Positions 18,730-27,129 of a stretch of DNA of 64,000 nt are shown piece by piece. A program made the position numbers and the translations under genes. The notes beneath the pieces were generated by a model. That model ran no database searches and was not told the origin of the DNA. It was given only the letters and a program-made list of their open reading frames with translations. Numbering within the stretch: the first letter of the stretch is position 1; each line of letters begins with the position of its first letter. The stretch is from an uncultured Clostridia bacterium (GTDB lineage: Bacteria; Bacillota; Clostridia; Christensenellales; Borkfalkiaceae): contig CAYLVU010000004.1 in the NCBI GenBank assembly GCA_964387225.1, positions 233 through 64,232 of the forward strand, written 5' to 3'.

Positions 18730-19827
18730 TTACGAGGCGTTTCTTACAGGTAAAATTAAATAGAGACTGCGTTTTTTCTCGTCATTTTGCAGAATAAAGG
18801 GAGAAATCGCCCCGTTGAACGAGATTTTTACCGTCTCTTCGTCGAGCGCGCGCAGACTGTCGAGCAGATACTTCGCATTCATCGATATCGTGAGATCCAC
18901 TCCCGAAGTGAGGGCGTTCAAACTCTCGGAAACGTTTCCGTAATCGGAGACGGAGGAAATTTTGATCACGTTCGGGCTGATTTCAAACGTAACGAGGTTA
19001 TTTTTGTCCCCGCGTATTATGATCGCGGCGCGCTCGGCGCTCGCAATGAGCTCTGTTCTCTTCACGACCGCCGTCGTCGAAAACCGGGAGGGAATCACGT
19101 TCTCTTTCTTGATAAAATCTCCCTGATAGAGACGGGATACCACAATCGTTTCTCCGCTCTTCACCATCATCTGTCCGCCCTGTGTATAGACGGTAATTTC
19201 TCCCTCGTCGTCGGAGAGCATTTTCGAAATTTCCATCAGCGTGCGCGCGGGACAGATAATGCACTGTTCCCCGCTCTTGCTTAAAATTTCCGCCTCGGAG
19301 AGGGCGAGACGGTAGCCGTCGAGCGCCGTAATTTCGAGCTTTTCCTTCAATTCGAGAAGACAGCCCTTTAAAACAGGTCTGGAATCGTCCTGCGCACAGC
19401 AGAAAGTCGTCTCTGAAATAACGCGTTTTAAATCTCCCTGCTTCATGACAAAGTAGTTTTCCCCGATTTCAAGATCGATGCTGGGAAATTCGTCCGCACC
19501 GATACTCTGCAACCGCGTTCCGGAATCGCGATACTTGATTTCGACCCCCTTTTCTCCCGTATAAACGGATATCTCTTCGTCCGTCAGTTTTCCTATAAAA
19601 TCGGCAAACAGTTTTCCGGGAACGCAAATTTCTCCCTCCTCGAAAACTTCCGCGTTTACCGTCTTTTGAATGGTTAGCTCTCCGTCGGTCGCAAGCAGCG
19701 TAACGCTGTCCGTATGGGCGCTCAGTTTAATAAACTCCATCACGGGCGCGGTCGTACGGATCGCGCATGCCTTGCTTACTTTGAGAACCGCTTCCGAGAG
19801 AATCGTTCCCTCACAGACAAATTTCAT
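18730..19827 (-). CDS. dnaN: DNA polymerase III beta subunit (sliding clamp)
   Basis: A 365-aa, three-domain beta clamp. Motifs include ATDGELTIQK, ALDGYRLAL, AKYLLDSL and LILPVR. Confidence 0.9.
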   Translation of the reverse strand: MKFVCEGTILSEAVLKVSKACAIRTTAPVMEFIKLSAHTDSVTLLATDGELTIQKTVNAEVFEEGEICVPGKLFADFIGKLTDEEISVYTGEKGVEIKYRDSGTRLQSIGADEFPSIDLEIGENYFVMKQGDLKRVISETTFCCAQDDSRPVLKGCLLELKEKLEITALDGYRLALSEAEILSKSGEQCIICPARTLMEISKMLSDDEGEITVYTQGGQMMVKSGETIVVSRLYQGDFIKKENVIPSRFSTTAVVKRTELIASAERAAIIIRGDKNNLVTFEISPNVIKISSVSDYGNVSESLNALTSGVDLTISMNAKYLLDSLRALDEETVKISFNGAISPFILQNDEKKRSLYLILPVRNAS

Positions 19828-19849
19828 TTTTTTCTCCTTTTTTGGATTC

Positions 19850-20150
19850 TTATAAAAAGAATATTTATATTAGTAATAATAAAGTCGGTGGAAAAGTGGA
19901 AAAGTTTTCTGCCGCCTCTCTATTATAGCGAAAAAGGCGAAAAATTTCAAGCGATTTACCCTCTTTTTCCCAATTCGGCGAAATTTTTAAAAGTGGATGA
20001 AATTGTGGACGAGCCGTGGGGATCGGGGGAAAGACGAATTTCGAGGGCGGGAGGAAAAGGGAGAAAAAAAGAGGGAGAAAAAACAAAAAAAAGTTTTTTT
20101 CACAGAACTTGTCCACAGGGTGGAAAAAAGAAAAAAAGTTTGTCCACTGC
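19850..20150. other. candidate replication origin (DnaA-box cluster plus AT-rich block)
   Basis: Seven TTATCCACA-like 9-mers (1-2 mismatches) at 19887, 19895, 19992, 20004, 20109, 20119 and 20140. An AT-rich block lies at 19850-19885. Gene orientation flips here. Confidence 0.55.
19922..19950 (-). promoter_or_regulatory. sigma-A type promoter reading towards dnaN
   Basis: Minus strand reads TTGAAA (19950-19945), 17 nt, TATAAT (19927-19922). Two DnaA-box-like sites lie just downstream. Confidence 0.5.
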
Positions 20151-20153
20151 GGG

Positions 20154-20182
20154 TTGATAAATTTTTTTTTGTATGATATAAT
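20154..20182 (+). promoter_or_regulatory. sigma-A promoter of rsmG, apparently leaderless
   Basis: TTGATA (20154-20159), 17 nt, TATAAT (20177-20182) with TGn. The ATG is at 20189, only 6 nt after the -10. Confidence 0.55.
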
Positions 20183-20188
20183 CCGTTT

Positions 20189-20890
20189 ATGAGCAATTCG
20201 GCGCCCGATTTCGGGATTTATGCGGAAAAAATCCGAGGAGAACACAGAGAGAAGTTCGGTGCGTTCCGCGCGCTTCTTTTGGAATTCAACAAAAAATTCA
20301 ATCTTACCGCCGTCACGGAAGAAAAAGATATTTTTTATAAGCACTTTTTGGACAGCCTTGCAGGAGAAATGTGGATAAAAAAGGGAGCGAGCGTCGCGGA
20401 GATCGGTTCGGGCGCGGGATTTCCTTCCGTTCCGCTCAAAATCGTGCGGGACGACTTAAAATTCACGCTTGTGGAGAGCGTCGGAAAAAAGTGCGATTTT
20501 TTGGAAATTCTCGTTGAAAAACTCGGACTGAAAGGGGTAGAGATTCTTCGGGGCAGGGCGGAAGACTTCGCGCGGGAGGAAAAATACCGCGAAAAGTACG
20601 ACGTCTGTCTTGCCCGCGCGGTCGCCCGTCTCAACGTTTTGGCGGAATACTGTATGCCCTTCGTTCAAAAAGGAGGTATTTTTCTTTCTTATAAGGGAGA
20701 TGCGGAGGAGGAAGTGAAGGAAGCGGAGCGGGCGGTTTTTCTTCTCGGAGGAGCAAAGACGGAGACAATTTTCTATGAGCTGCCGCAGGGCTACGGAAAA
20801 CGGTCTCTGATTCTGGCGAAAAAAATAAACCGTACGCCGACCGTTTATCCGCGAGGAAACGGAAAGGAGAGAAAACACCCCATCGTATGA
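20189..20890 (+). CDS. rsmG: 16S rRNA (guanine527-N7)-methyltransferase RsmG/GidB
   Basis: FNLTAVTE...HFLDSL, the SAM motif VAEIGSGAGFPSVPLKI, and VESVGKKCDFL. Confidence 0.9.
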   Translation: MSNSAPDFGIYAEKIRGEHREKFGAFRALLLEFNKKFNLTAVTEEKDIFYKHFLDSLAGEMWIKKGASVAEIGSGAGFPSVPLKIVRDDLKFTLVESVGKKCDFLEILVEKLGLKGVEILRGRAEDFAREEKYREKYDVCLARAVARLNVLAEYCMPFVQKGGIFLSYKGDAEEEVKEAERAVFLLGGAKTETIFYELPQGYGKRSLILAKKINRTPTVYPRGNGKERKHPIV

Positions 20891-21336
20891 AATCGCTTGC
20901 ACTCACGGGGCACAGACGCATCCCCGAAAAATTTCCGCGGAAACTTCTCTGCAATACGCTCGAAGGATTGATCAAGGAAGGGGTCCGTTCGTTTTTCTGC
21001 GGCATGGCGGAAGGATTCGATTTGCTTTCTCTCGAATACCTGCTCTCCGTCAAAGAAAAATACGGGCTCTATCTCGAAGCGTGCGTCCCGTACGCGGGGC
21101 AAAGCGAGCGCTATTCCGCCGAGGAACGGGAAAAGTACGAACGGCTTATCGCCGGATGCGACAAAAAGACGGTGCTCTTCGAAAGTTACAGGAGCGGCTG
21201 TTATTTTGTCCGCAACCGCTATATGGTGGACTGCGCGGACGGCGTGGTTGCCTATCTCGTTAAAAACACGGGCGGAACGGCGTATACCGTGCGCTATGCG
21301 CTCGAAAAGGGGAAAAGCGTCTTTTATATTCGTTGA
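20887..21336 (+). CDS. SLOG-family protein (DUF1273/YpsA-like)
   Basis: LTGHR N-terminus, the GMAEGFDLL motif, and C-terminal GGTAYTVRYA. The start ATG overlaps the rsmG stop (ATGA). Confidence 0.6.
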   Translation: MKSLALTGHRRIPEKFPRKLLCNTLEGLIKEGVRSFFCGMAEGFDLLSLEYLLSVKEKYGLYLEACVPYAGQSERYSAEEREKYERLIAGCDKKTVLFESYRSGCYFVRNRYMVDCADGVVAYLVKNTGGTAYTVRYALEKGKSVFYIR

Positions 21337-21432
21337 GACGCTTTTTTTTCTGCCGTTATCGACAAATTCCGCGCAAACATGATCTCCTTCGCACGCGGAG
21401 AGGAGATATGCTGTAATGCGGGAGGAATATCT

Positions 21433-22416
21433 ATGGCATACGAAAAACGCGTCTGCGTTCTCAGACAGATCAAACGGGGATTTTCCGCGAGCGGGGGCAC
21501 ACTCTCCGGCGCGGTCTATGCGGAGCGGCTCGGGGAAGAACTCACGGTAACTCCGCGAATTCTCGGATTGGCTCCGCTCAAAGAGGGGAGATACGCGCTC
21601 GCGCTCTCCGTAGGGGGGAAGGATCTGTTTTTCGAATGGAAGGGGGGAGAGAGTATGCGCGCCGAAAAAGCGCCTTCCCTTGCGGGCGGCTTCTCCGTAC
21701 TCGTCCTATATGCGAGGGGGGAGGCGGAACCCGTTGCCTACGGGAGCTGCGGCGCGAACGCGAAGAGCGCGGAAGAGCTGTTGAAAGCCTTTTCTCCCGC
21801 TCCGGAAACAAAGAAAAAGAGAGCGGTGAATCCTCTGCCGCCCATAGAGCTTCCCGCTCCCATGCCCAACGTGCCGCTTGCGCCCACGGTGCCGCTTCCG
21901 GGCGCGGAACCGCAACGGGAGGACGGGGAAGAGTCCCCTCCCTTTCGCTATGACGATGATGCAATCGCAGGCGTCGATTATTTCGGCGCGGCGGATGAAG
22001 ATGAGGATCCTTCTTCTGGCGGCGGCGAAAAAGACGGAAAAGAGGACGGCAGGGAGGATTCTTATAAAAATGCAGATGATGCGTTTCTCCCGACAAGGGG
22101 AAAGCTTACATACTACAACGCCGTGCGGGAAAAACTCGAAGAGGCGTTCAAAAAACTCCCCCCGGACGACCGTTTGAAAGGGGTCTTTGCCCAATCGGAA
22201 TGGGTCAGGGGAGAGGGCGCGCTCATCGGAATTATCTATAAAAACGGAATTCCCCGCTATCTCTGCGTTGCGGCGGAAGGGGAGGGAAACCCGCCCGAAG
22301 AGATGAAGGAACACGCCGTATTCGTGCCCGAAAGCCCGTTTACGGAGGAGCGGGGCTTCTTCGTCGTGTTTCAGGACGCCGACACGGGAGAGTACGTACA
22401 AATTTCCGAATCGTAA
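21433..22416 (+). CDS. hypothetical protein (327 aa) with a Pro-rich and acidic low-complexity centre
   Basis: Start set at ATG 21433 after RBS GGGAGG. No family was recognised. Confidence 0.6.
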   Translation: MAYEKRVCVLRQIKRGFSASGGTLSGAVYAERLGEELTVTPRILGLAPLKEGRYALALSVGGKDLFFEWKGGESMRAEKAPSLAGGFSVLVLYARGEAEPVAYGSCGANAKSAEELLKAFSPAPETKKKRAVNPLPPIELPAPMPNVPLAPTVPLPGAEPQREDGEESPPFRYDDDAIAGVDYFGAADEDEDPSSGGGEKDGKEDGREDSYKNADDAFLPTRGKLTYYNAVREKLEEAFKKLPPDDRLKGVFAQSEWVRGEGALIGIIYKNGIPRYLCVAAEGEGNPPEEMKEHAVFVPESPFTEERGFFVVFQDADTGEYVQISES

Positions 22417-22434
22417 AAGGTTAAGACAAACCAG

Positions 22435-22462
22435 AACTCCGCGTTTTCGCGCGGAGTTTTTT
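22435..22462 (+). terminator. intrinsic terminator
   Basis: AACTCCGCG (22435-22443) pairs with CGCGGAGTT (22450-22458), followed by a T-run. Confidence 0.7.
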
Positions 22463-22679
22463 GCGGCGGGAGAGAAGGCAGACCGCATCGTTCGGTGCAT
22501 GCAAAGACGGAAAAACCGACGTCCTTCCCGCTTTCCGAAAAAAATTTCATTGAATTTCCGCGCGGAAAAAGTTTTCAAACCGTTTACTTTGACAGGATTC
22601 CGTGTTATAATAATCATGGACAGGAAGGGGATTTTTTCCCTTAAAAACAGGAATCAATTTTTTCAGGAGGACGATATAA

Positions 22680-24449
22680 ATGAAGGCACTTACCGAAAAC
22701 AAGAAAGTGCTCGATTTCGTGAAGGAGAGCGCGGAGCTCGCGCAGCCCGACGAAATCGTATGGATCGACGGCAGCGAAAAACAGCTGCAAGAGCTGCGCA
22801 AAGAAGCGGTAAAAACGGGCGAAATGATCGAGCTCAACCAGGAAAAACTTCCCGGCTGCTATTATCACCGCACGGCGGAAAACGACGTCGCCCGCGTAGA
22901 GGCACGCACGTTCATCTGCTGCAAAAACAAAGAGGACGCGGGCCCCGTCAACTACTGGATGGATCCCGTTGAAGCGTACGCCCTTTGCCGCGAAATCGCG
23001 CGGGGAAAGATGAAGGGGCGTACCATGTACGTCATTCCCTACTCCATGGGCGTGGTGGGCTCTTCCTTCTCTAAAATCGGGATCGAGGTCACGGACTCCA
23101 TCTACGTCGTTTTAAACATGGCGATCATGACCCGCGTAGGGCTCGACTGCTACGAGGCGCTCGGAAAGGACGGTGACTTCATCAAGGGCTTCCACTGCAA
23201 GTGCGACGTCGATCCCGAAAAGAGATACATCATGCACTTTCCCGAAGACAACACAATTATTTCGGTCAATTCCGCGTACGGCGGTAACGTGCTTTTGGGC
23301 AAGAAGTGTTTTGCCCTGCGCATCGCTTCCTATCTCGGCAAGAACGAGGGCTGGATGGCGGAACACATGCTCATTCTCGGCGTGACCTATCCGGACGGCA
23401 GCAAGCACTACCTTGCCGCGGCGTTCCCTTCCGCTTGCGGAAAGACCAATCTCGCCATGCTCATTCCTCCCGAACACTATCTCAAAAAGGGATATAAAGT
23501 GGAGTGCGTGGGCGACGATATCGCCTGGATTCGCGTAGGGGAGGACGGCAGACTCTGGGCGGTAAATCCCGAAAACGGCTTCTTCGGCGTTGCCCCCGGA
23601 ACGAACGAAAAATCCAATCCCAACGCGCTTGCGGCGACGAAGAAAGGCACGATTTTCACCAACGTCGCCATCAATCCCGCAGACAATACGGTGTGGTGGG
23701 AAGGGCTCACCAAACCCGCGCCCGATCATCTTATCGATTGGCTCGGAAACGAATGGACGCCCGAAAGCGGCGTAAAGGCGGCGCATCCCAATTCGAGATT
23801 CACCGCTCCCGCCGTAAACTGCCCCTGCCTCTCGCCCGAATTCAATTCCAAGGAAGGCGTGCCCCTCGACGCGATCATTTTCGGCGGCAGAAGGGCGACT
23901 ACGACCCCGCTCGTCTACCAGTCCCGCGACTGGAATCACGGCGTGTTCGTGGGCTCCATCATGAGCAGCGAGACGACGGCTGCCGCAACGGGTGCGGTGG
24001 GCGTTCTGCGCCACGACCCCATGGCGATGAAGCCCTTTGCGGGATATCACATGGCGGATTATTTCAGTCATTGGATAGAGATGGGCAAAAAGATCTCCAA
24101 TCCGCCCAAGATCTTCAACGTGAACTGGTTCCGTCAGGGAGAGAACGGCGAGTTCCTCTGGCCCGGGTTCGGCGACAACATGCGCGTTCTCGAATGGATT
24201 CTCAAGCGCTGTGCGGGCGAGGAAGACGCGCAGGAAACCGCCATCGGCTACGTTCCCTACGCGAAGGATATCGACCTCACGGGGCTGGACATGACGCAGG
24301 AGGACCTCGAAAGGATTTTGTACGTCGATAAAAAGCGTTGGAGCGCGGAAGCGGACGAGATCGCGGAATACTACAAACAGTTCGGCGACAGACTTCCCTC
24401 CGAGCTTGCGGAGAGCCTTTCGACGCTCAAGAAAAATTGCGAAGCATAA
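22680..24449 (+). CDS. pckG: phosphoenolpyruvate carboxykinase (GTP)
   Basis: A 589-aa, full-length GTP-type PEPCK. Motifs include YYHRTAENDVARVE, FPSACGKTNLAML and WEGL. Confidence 0.9.
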   Translation: MKALTENKKVLDFVKESAELAQPDEIVWIDGSEKQLQELRKEAVKTGEMIELNQEKLPGCYYHRTAENDVARVEARTFICCKNKEDAGPVNYWMDPVEAYALCREIARGKMKGRTMYVIPYSMGVVGSSFSKIGIEVTDSIYVVLNMAIMTRVGLDCYEALGKDGDFIKGFHCKCDVDPEKRYIMHFPEDNTIISVNSAYGGNVLLGKKCFALRIASYLGKNEGWMAEHMLILGVTYPDGSKHYLAAAFPSACGKTNLAMLIPPEHYLKKGYKVECVGDDIAWIRVGEDGRLWAVNPENGFFGVAPGTNEKSNPNALAATKKGTIFTNVAINPADNTVWWEGLTKPAPDHLIDWLGNEWTPESGVKAAHPNSRFTAPAVNCPCLSPEFNSKEGVPLDAIIFGGRRATTTPLVYQSRDWNHGVFVGSIMSSETTAAATGAVGVLRHDPMAMKPFAGYHMADYFSHWIEMGKKISNPPKIFNVNWFRQGENGEFLWPGFGDNMRVLEWILKRCAGEEDAQETAIGYVPYAKDIDLTGLDMTQEDLERILYVDKKRWSAEADEIAEYYKQFGDRLPSELAESLSTLKKNCEA

Positions 24450-24523
24450 AACGGTCGGCACCGGCATTGCGGCGAAGCGCATAACGCCGCTTTCGGTGCG
24501 CGGCAAATAGAAGGTCGTGGTAC

Positions 24524-24559
24524 AAAAAATACTCTTCCTTGATGAGAAGAGTATTTTTT
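24524..24559 (+). terminator. intrinsic terminator of pckG
   Basis: AATACTCTTC (24528-24537) pairs with GAAGAGTATT (24546-24555), followed by a T-run. Confidence 0.7.
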
Positions 24560-24588
24560 GTTTCAACGCAACGGAAAGGAGAAAAACG

Positions 24589-24945
24589 GTGACGGACGAA
24601 CGGATCGAAGAATATTTTGCCTTTCTGCTCGCGCGCGGATTCTCGTACGAACGGGAGTACAGCAAGGGGACGGATAAGACGTGCACGCAGATATACCGTT
24701 TTCGCAAGGATGCGGGCAATTATCTCGAATTTCGCGCGCTCTCCGCGCGGGAGCACACGGTGTGCGTCTGCTGCGGCGGCGAAAAGCGCTTTCCCAACCT
24801 CGGACTGCGCTATCGGGCGTTTATCCGCCGATGGAAATTTGCGCGGCTGTTTTCCAAAGAGCGCGGGGACGGCTGGCTGCTTGCCGCCGACATCTGCCGC
24901 CACGTTCTGGAAACGGAGGGAACGCTGTTCGGGATCGGACTTTGA
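24589..24945 (+). CDS. hypothetical protein (118 aa)
   Basis: Start moved to GTG 24589, with RBS AAAGGAG at 24575-24581. The annotated upstream part overlaps the pckG terminator. Confidence 0.5.
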   Translation: MTDERIEEYFAFLLARGFSYEREYSKGTDKTCTQIYRFRKDAGNYLEFRALSAREHTVCVCCGGEKRFPNLGLRYRAFIRRWKFARLFSKERGDGWLLAADICRHVLETEGTLFGIGL

Positions 24946-25185
24946 AGGAACGCGGATTTTTCCGTCGTTCTGAAAGAAAAGAGGCGTGCGGCAATTTGCC
25001 GCGCGCCTTTTCCGTGAACGCTTAGAAATGATTACATATAGGGGAAAGTATTTTTTCTTGTGTTCACGGCTTGCGCGATTTCCGCGCAAGTTATCTCTAT
25101 TATAATCACCCAATGTACGATTGTCAAGAAAAAAATCGCACATTATACGATATTTTTTTTGTGAAATAGTATAGGGGGAATTAAA

Positions 25186-25398
25186 ATGGAGCTAAAAAAA
25201 ATCCAAAAAAGGCTTCGGGAGTGCATCTCGGAGAGCGGCATTCCGCAGAAGGAGATCGCGAGAAGGGTAGGCGTGAGTCCGCAGACGATTTCAAAATACA
25301 TGAAGAAGGACGTCTTTCCCGCACTCGATACCTTTTCGAAGCTCTGCTGCGTTCTGGACGTGACGAGCGACTATATTCTCGGGCTGAAAGACTATTGA
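25186..25398 (+). CDS. XRE-family helix-turn-helix transcriptional regulator (70 aa)
   Basis: GIPQKEIARRVGVSPQTISKYMK HTH. RBS AGGGGGA. Confidence 0.8.
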   Translation: MELKKIQKRLRECISESGIPQKEIARRVGVSPQTISKYMKKDVFPALDTFSKLCCVLDVTSDYILGLKDY

Positions 25399-25426
25399 AA
25401 AAAGCGCCCCCAAAGGGCGCTTTTTT
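25398..25426. terminator. bidirectional intrinsic terminator between convergent genes
   Basis: AGCGCCC (25403-25409) pairs with GGGCGCT (25415-25421), flanked by A and T runs. Confidence 0.7.
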
Positions 25427-25439
25427 GTACTTTTTCGTT

Positions 25440-26198
25440 TTACATGACGACGATGTTTTTCTGCATAAACAGTTGTTTTAACTCTTCGGGGAAATTGTCG
25501 TCGGTGATCAGAACGTCGATATCCTCGAGCCGAGCGAAGGTGTAGGGCATGATCTTTCCGATTTTCGAGCTGTCGAGCATCATGTACACGGCTTTTGCCT
25601 TCGCGCGCACCCTCTTTAAGAGATCGGCTTCGATTTGCGAGCCGCACGAAAATCCGTTTTCGGGGGTAAACGCCGAGGAGGATATAATCGCGAATTCGAA
25701 ATTGGTGTTTTCGAAATACGCCTTCGCGACGGGCGAAGCGGTGGAGAGATTGTTTTTGAGCACCTGACCGCCCAGAACGGTCACGTTCAGATTTTTTTTC
25801 TGCGCAAGCTCGATGGCGACCGCAAGACCGTTCGTAAACACGTGAATGTTGATATCGGGCATTTCCTTAGCAAGGGACATTGCCGTTGTTCCGCCGTCGA
25901 TAAAGAGCGAGCAGTTTTCTTCGATGAGGCTTGCCGCCTTTTGCGCGATTTTGATTTTCTCGTCGGTATGAAGCGCCTGTTTTTTTGCGTATGGCTCGCC
26001 CGAGATCTTCTGCACTTCCTTTACGCTCATTGCCCCGCCGCGCACGCGGATAATGCGTCCCTGCTGTTCGAGCTGGAAGAGATCTCTTCTCAGCGTCATC
26101 TGCGAAACGTCGGGAAAATAGTCGTCGAGCTGTTCCAGCGTAAGCTTGCCGCGTTTGTCTAAAAGTTCTGCGATTTCTTCGATGCGTTCCCTTTTCAT
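25440..26198 (-). CDS. DeoR-family transcriptional regulator
   Basis: N-terminal HTH (LTLEQLDDYFPDVSQMTLRRDLFQLEQQGRIIRVRGGA) and a C-terminal DeoRC sugar-phosphate sensor domain. Confidence 0.85.
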   Translation of the reverse strand: MKRERIEEIAELLDKRGKLTLEQLDDYFPDVSQMTLRRDLFQLEQQGRIIRVRGGAMSVKEVQKISGEPYAKKQALHTDEKIKIAQKAASLIEENCSLFIDGGTTAMSLAKEMPDINIHVFTNGLAVAIELAQKKNLNVTVLGGQVLKNNLSTASPVAKAYFENTNFEFAIISSSAFTPENGFSCGSQIEADLLKRVRAKAKAVYMMLDSSKIGKIMPYTFARLEDIDVLITDDNFPEELKQLFMQKNIVVM

Positions 26199-26410
26199 AG
26201 ATAATACTCCCTATTTTTTTCTCCTGCAAAATTCTAACACAAACAAAAAATATTCGCAAGTAAATTCACACGTCAATTCTCCGATTTGTAAAAAACAGCC
26301 GAAAAAATCTGTGATTTTCGGTTTATTTTGTACATCGGCGAAAAAAACGATGAAAAAACTTTACAAAATTGACCGCCGTACGGTGAAACGGAGTTCGCAG
26401 CCGTTTTCGC

Positions 26411-26439
26411 TTGCGTTTTTTCGGCGTTCGTGCTACAAT
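26411..26439 (+). promoter_or_regulatory. sigma-A promoter, apparently leaderless
   Basis: TTGCGT (26411-26416), 17 nt, TACAAT (26434-26439) with TGn. The ATG is at 26446, 6 nt after the -10. Confidence 0.45.
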
Positions 26440-26445
26440 CGGTTT

Positions 26446-27072
26446 ATGGAAAAAGCCTATCTCAAAGCGCTCGACGAATATTTCTGCGCGCAGTATTCCG
26501 ATTATGTGAAAATTTCCGCGCTCGAGGGCTATAAAATGCCCGAGGTGCTCTATGTGGGGGCGGACGGCAACATAGGCCGCCGCGATTCCTCCGTGATGCG
26601 CCTTTCCCGTCAGGAAAACGCGGAAGAGCTTTTAAAGACGTTCAAGCAAAATCTTGCGGATACCGACTTTACGTTCAACTTTTCCTTCCGTCCGATCGGG
26701 GATAAGCTGCGCGATCCCTTCCGCAAATACACCTTTGCGAAGATTCTGCCCGCCGCCTTAAAGCGGTGCGGGGAGAGCGCGAAGAGCGCGGGGGAAAAAC
26801 TTGCAATCGACCCCGCGATCTGGAAAAAGATCGTAAAAGGCAAGCTCTATCCCGAAAAAAACGTCGTACTTGCCCTCGCGCTCGTCTGCCGTATGCAGGA
26901 GCGGGACGTGAACAATCTGCTGGCGGTGTGCGGATTTACGCTCTCCGACGAAAGCGTGCGGGACGTCGTCGTGGGATATCTTCTCAAACAGGGGATTCAT
27001 AACGAAGAAATGCGCGACGGGTGTCTGGCGGAGTACAAAATCACCAGTCTTCCGTTAAAGAAAGGGGCGTAA
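26446..27072 (+). CDS. hypothetical protein (208 aa) with an XRE-like HTH pattern in its C-terminal half
   Basis: Start set at ATG 26446 (MEKAYLKALDEYF). The C-terminal segment KIVKGKLYPEKNVVLALALVCRMQERDVNNLLAVCGFTLS resembles Cro/C1-type HTH proteins. Confidence 0.5.
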   Translation: MEKAYLKALDEYFCAQYSDYVKISALEGYKMPEVLYVGADGNIGRRDSSVMRLSRQENAEELLKTFKQNLADTDFTFNFSFRPIGDKLRDPFRKYTFAKILPAALKRCGESAKSAGEKLAIDPAIWKKIVKGKLYPEKNVVLALALVCRMQERDVNNLLAVCGFTLSDESVRDVVVGYLLKQGIHNEEMRDGCLAEYKITSLPLKKGA

Positions 27073-27097
27073 GCCGCTTTGCGACGCGGAAAATCGC

Positions 27098-27126
27098 TTG
27101 ACTTCCCGTAAATTTCATTGTAAAAT
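27098..27126 (+). promoter_or_regulatory. sigma-A promoter of the T-box leader
   Basis: TTGACT (27098-27103), 17 nt, TAAAAT (27121-27126). Confidence 0.6.
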
Positions 27127-27129
27127 AGC

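Noticed and set aside
19714-20344. Two ORFs (147 aa on +, 159 aa on -) spanning the dnaN-rsmG gap.
   Set aside because: The translations are low-complexity (K/E/G or F/L/S runs) and are generated by the polypurine tract. The region is better explained as promoters, DnaA boxes and an AT-rich element.
26297-26330. A hairpin with a T-rich tail in the divergent DeoR / 26446 intergenic region, considered as an orphan terminator or sRNA end.
   Set aside because: The stem is only 7 bp and AU-rich, with a 9-nt loop. That is too weak to call without folding energies or expression data.
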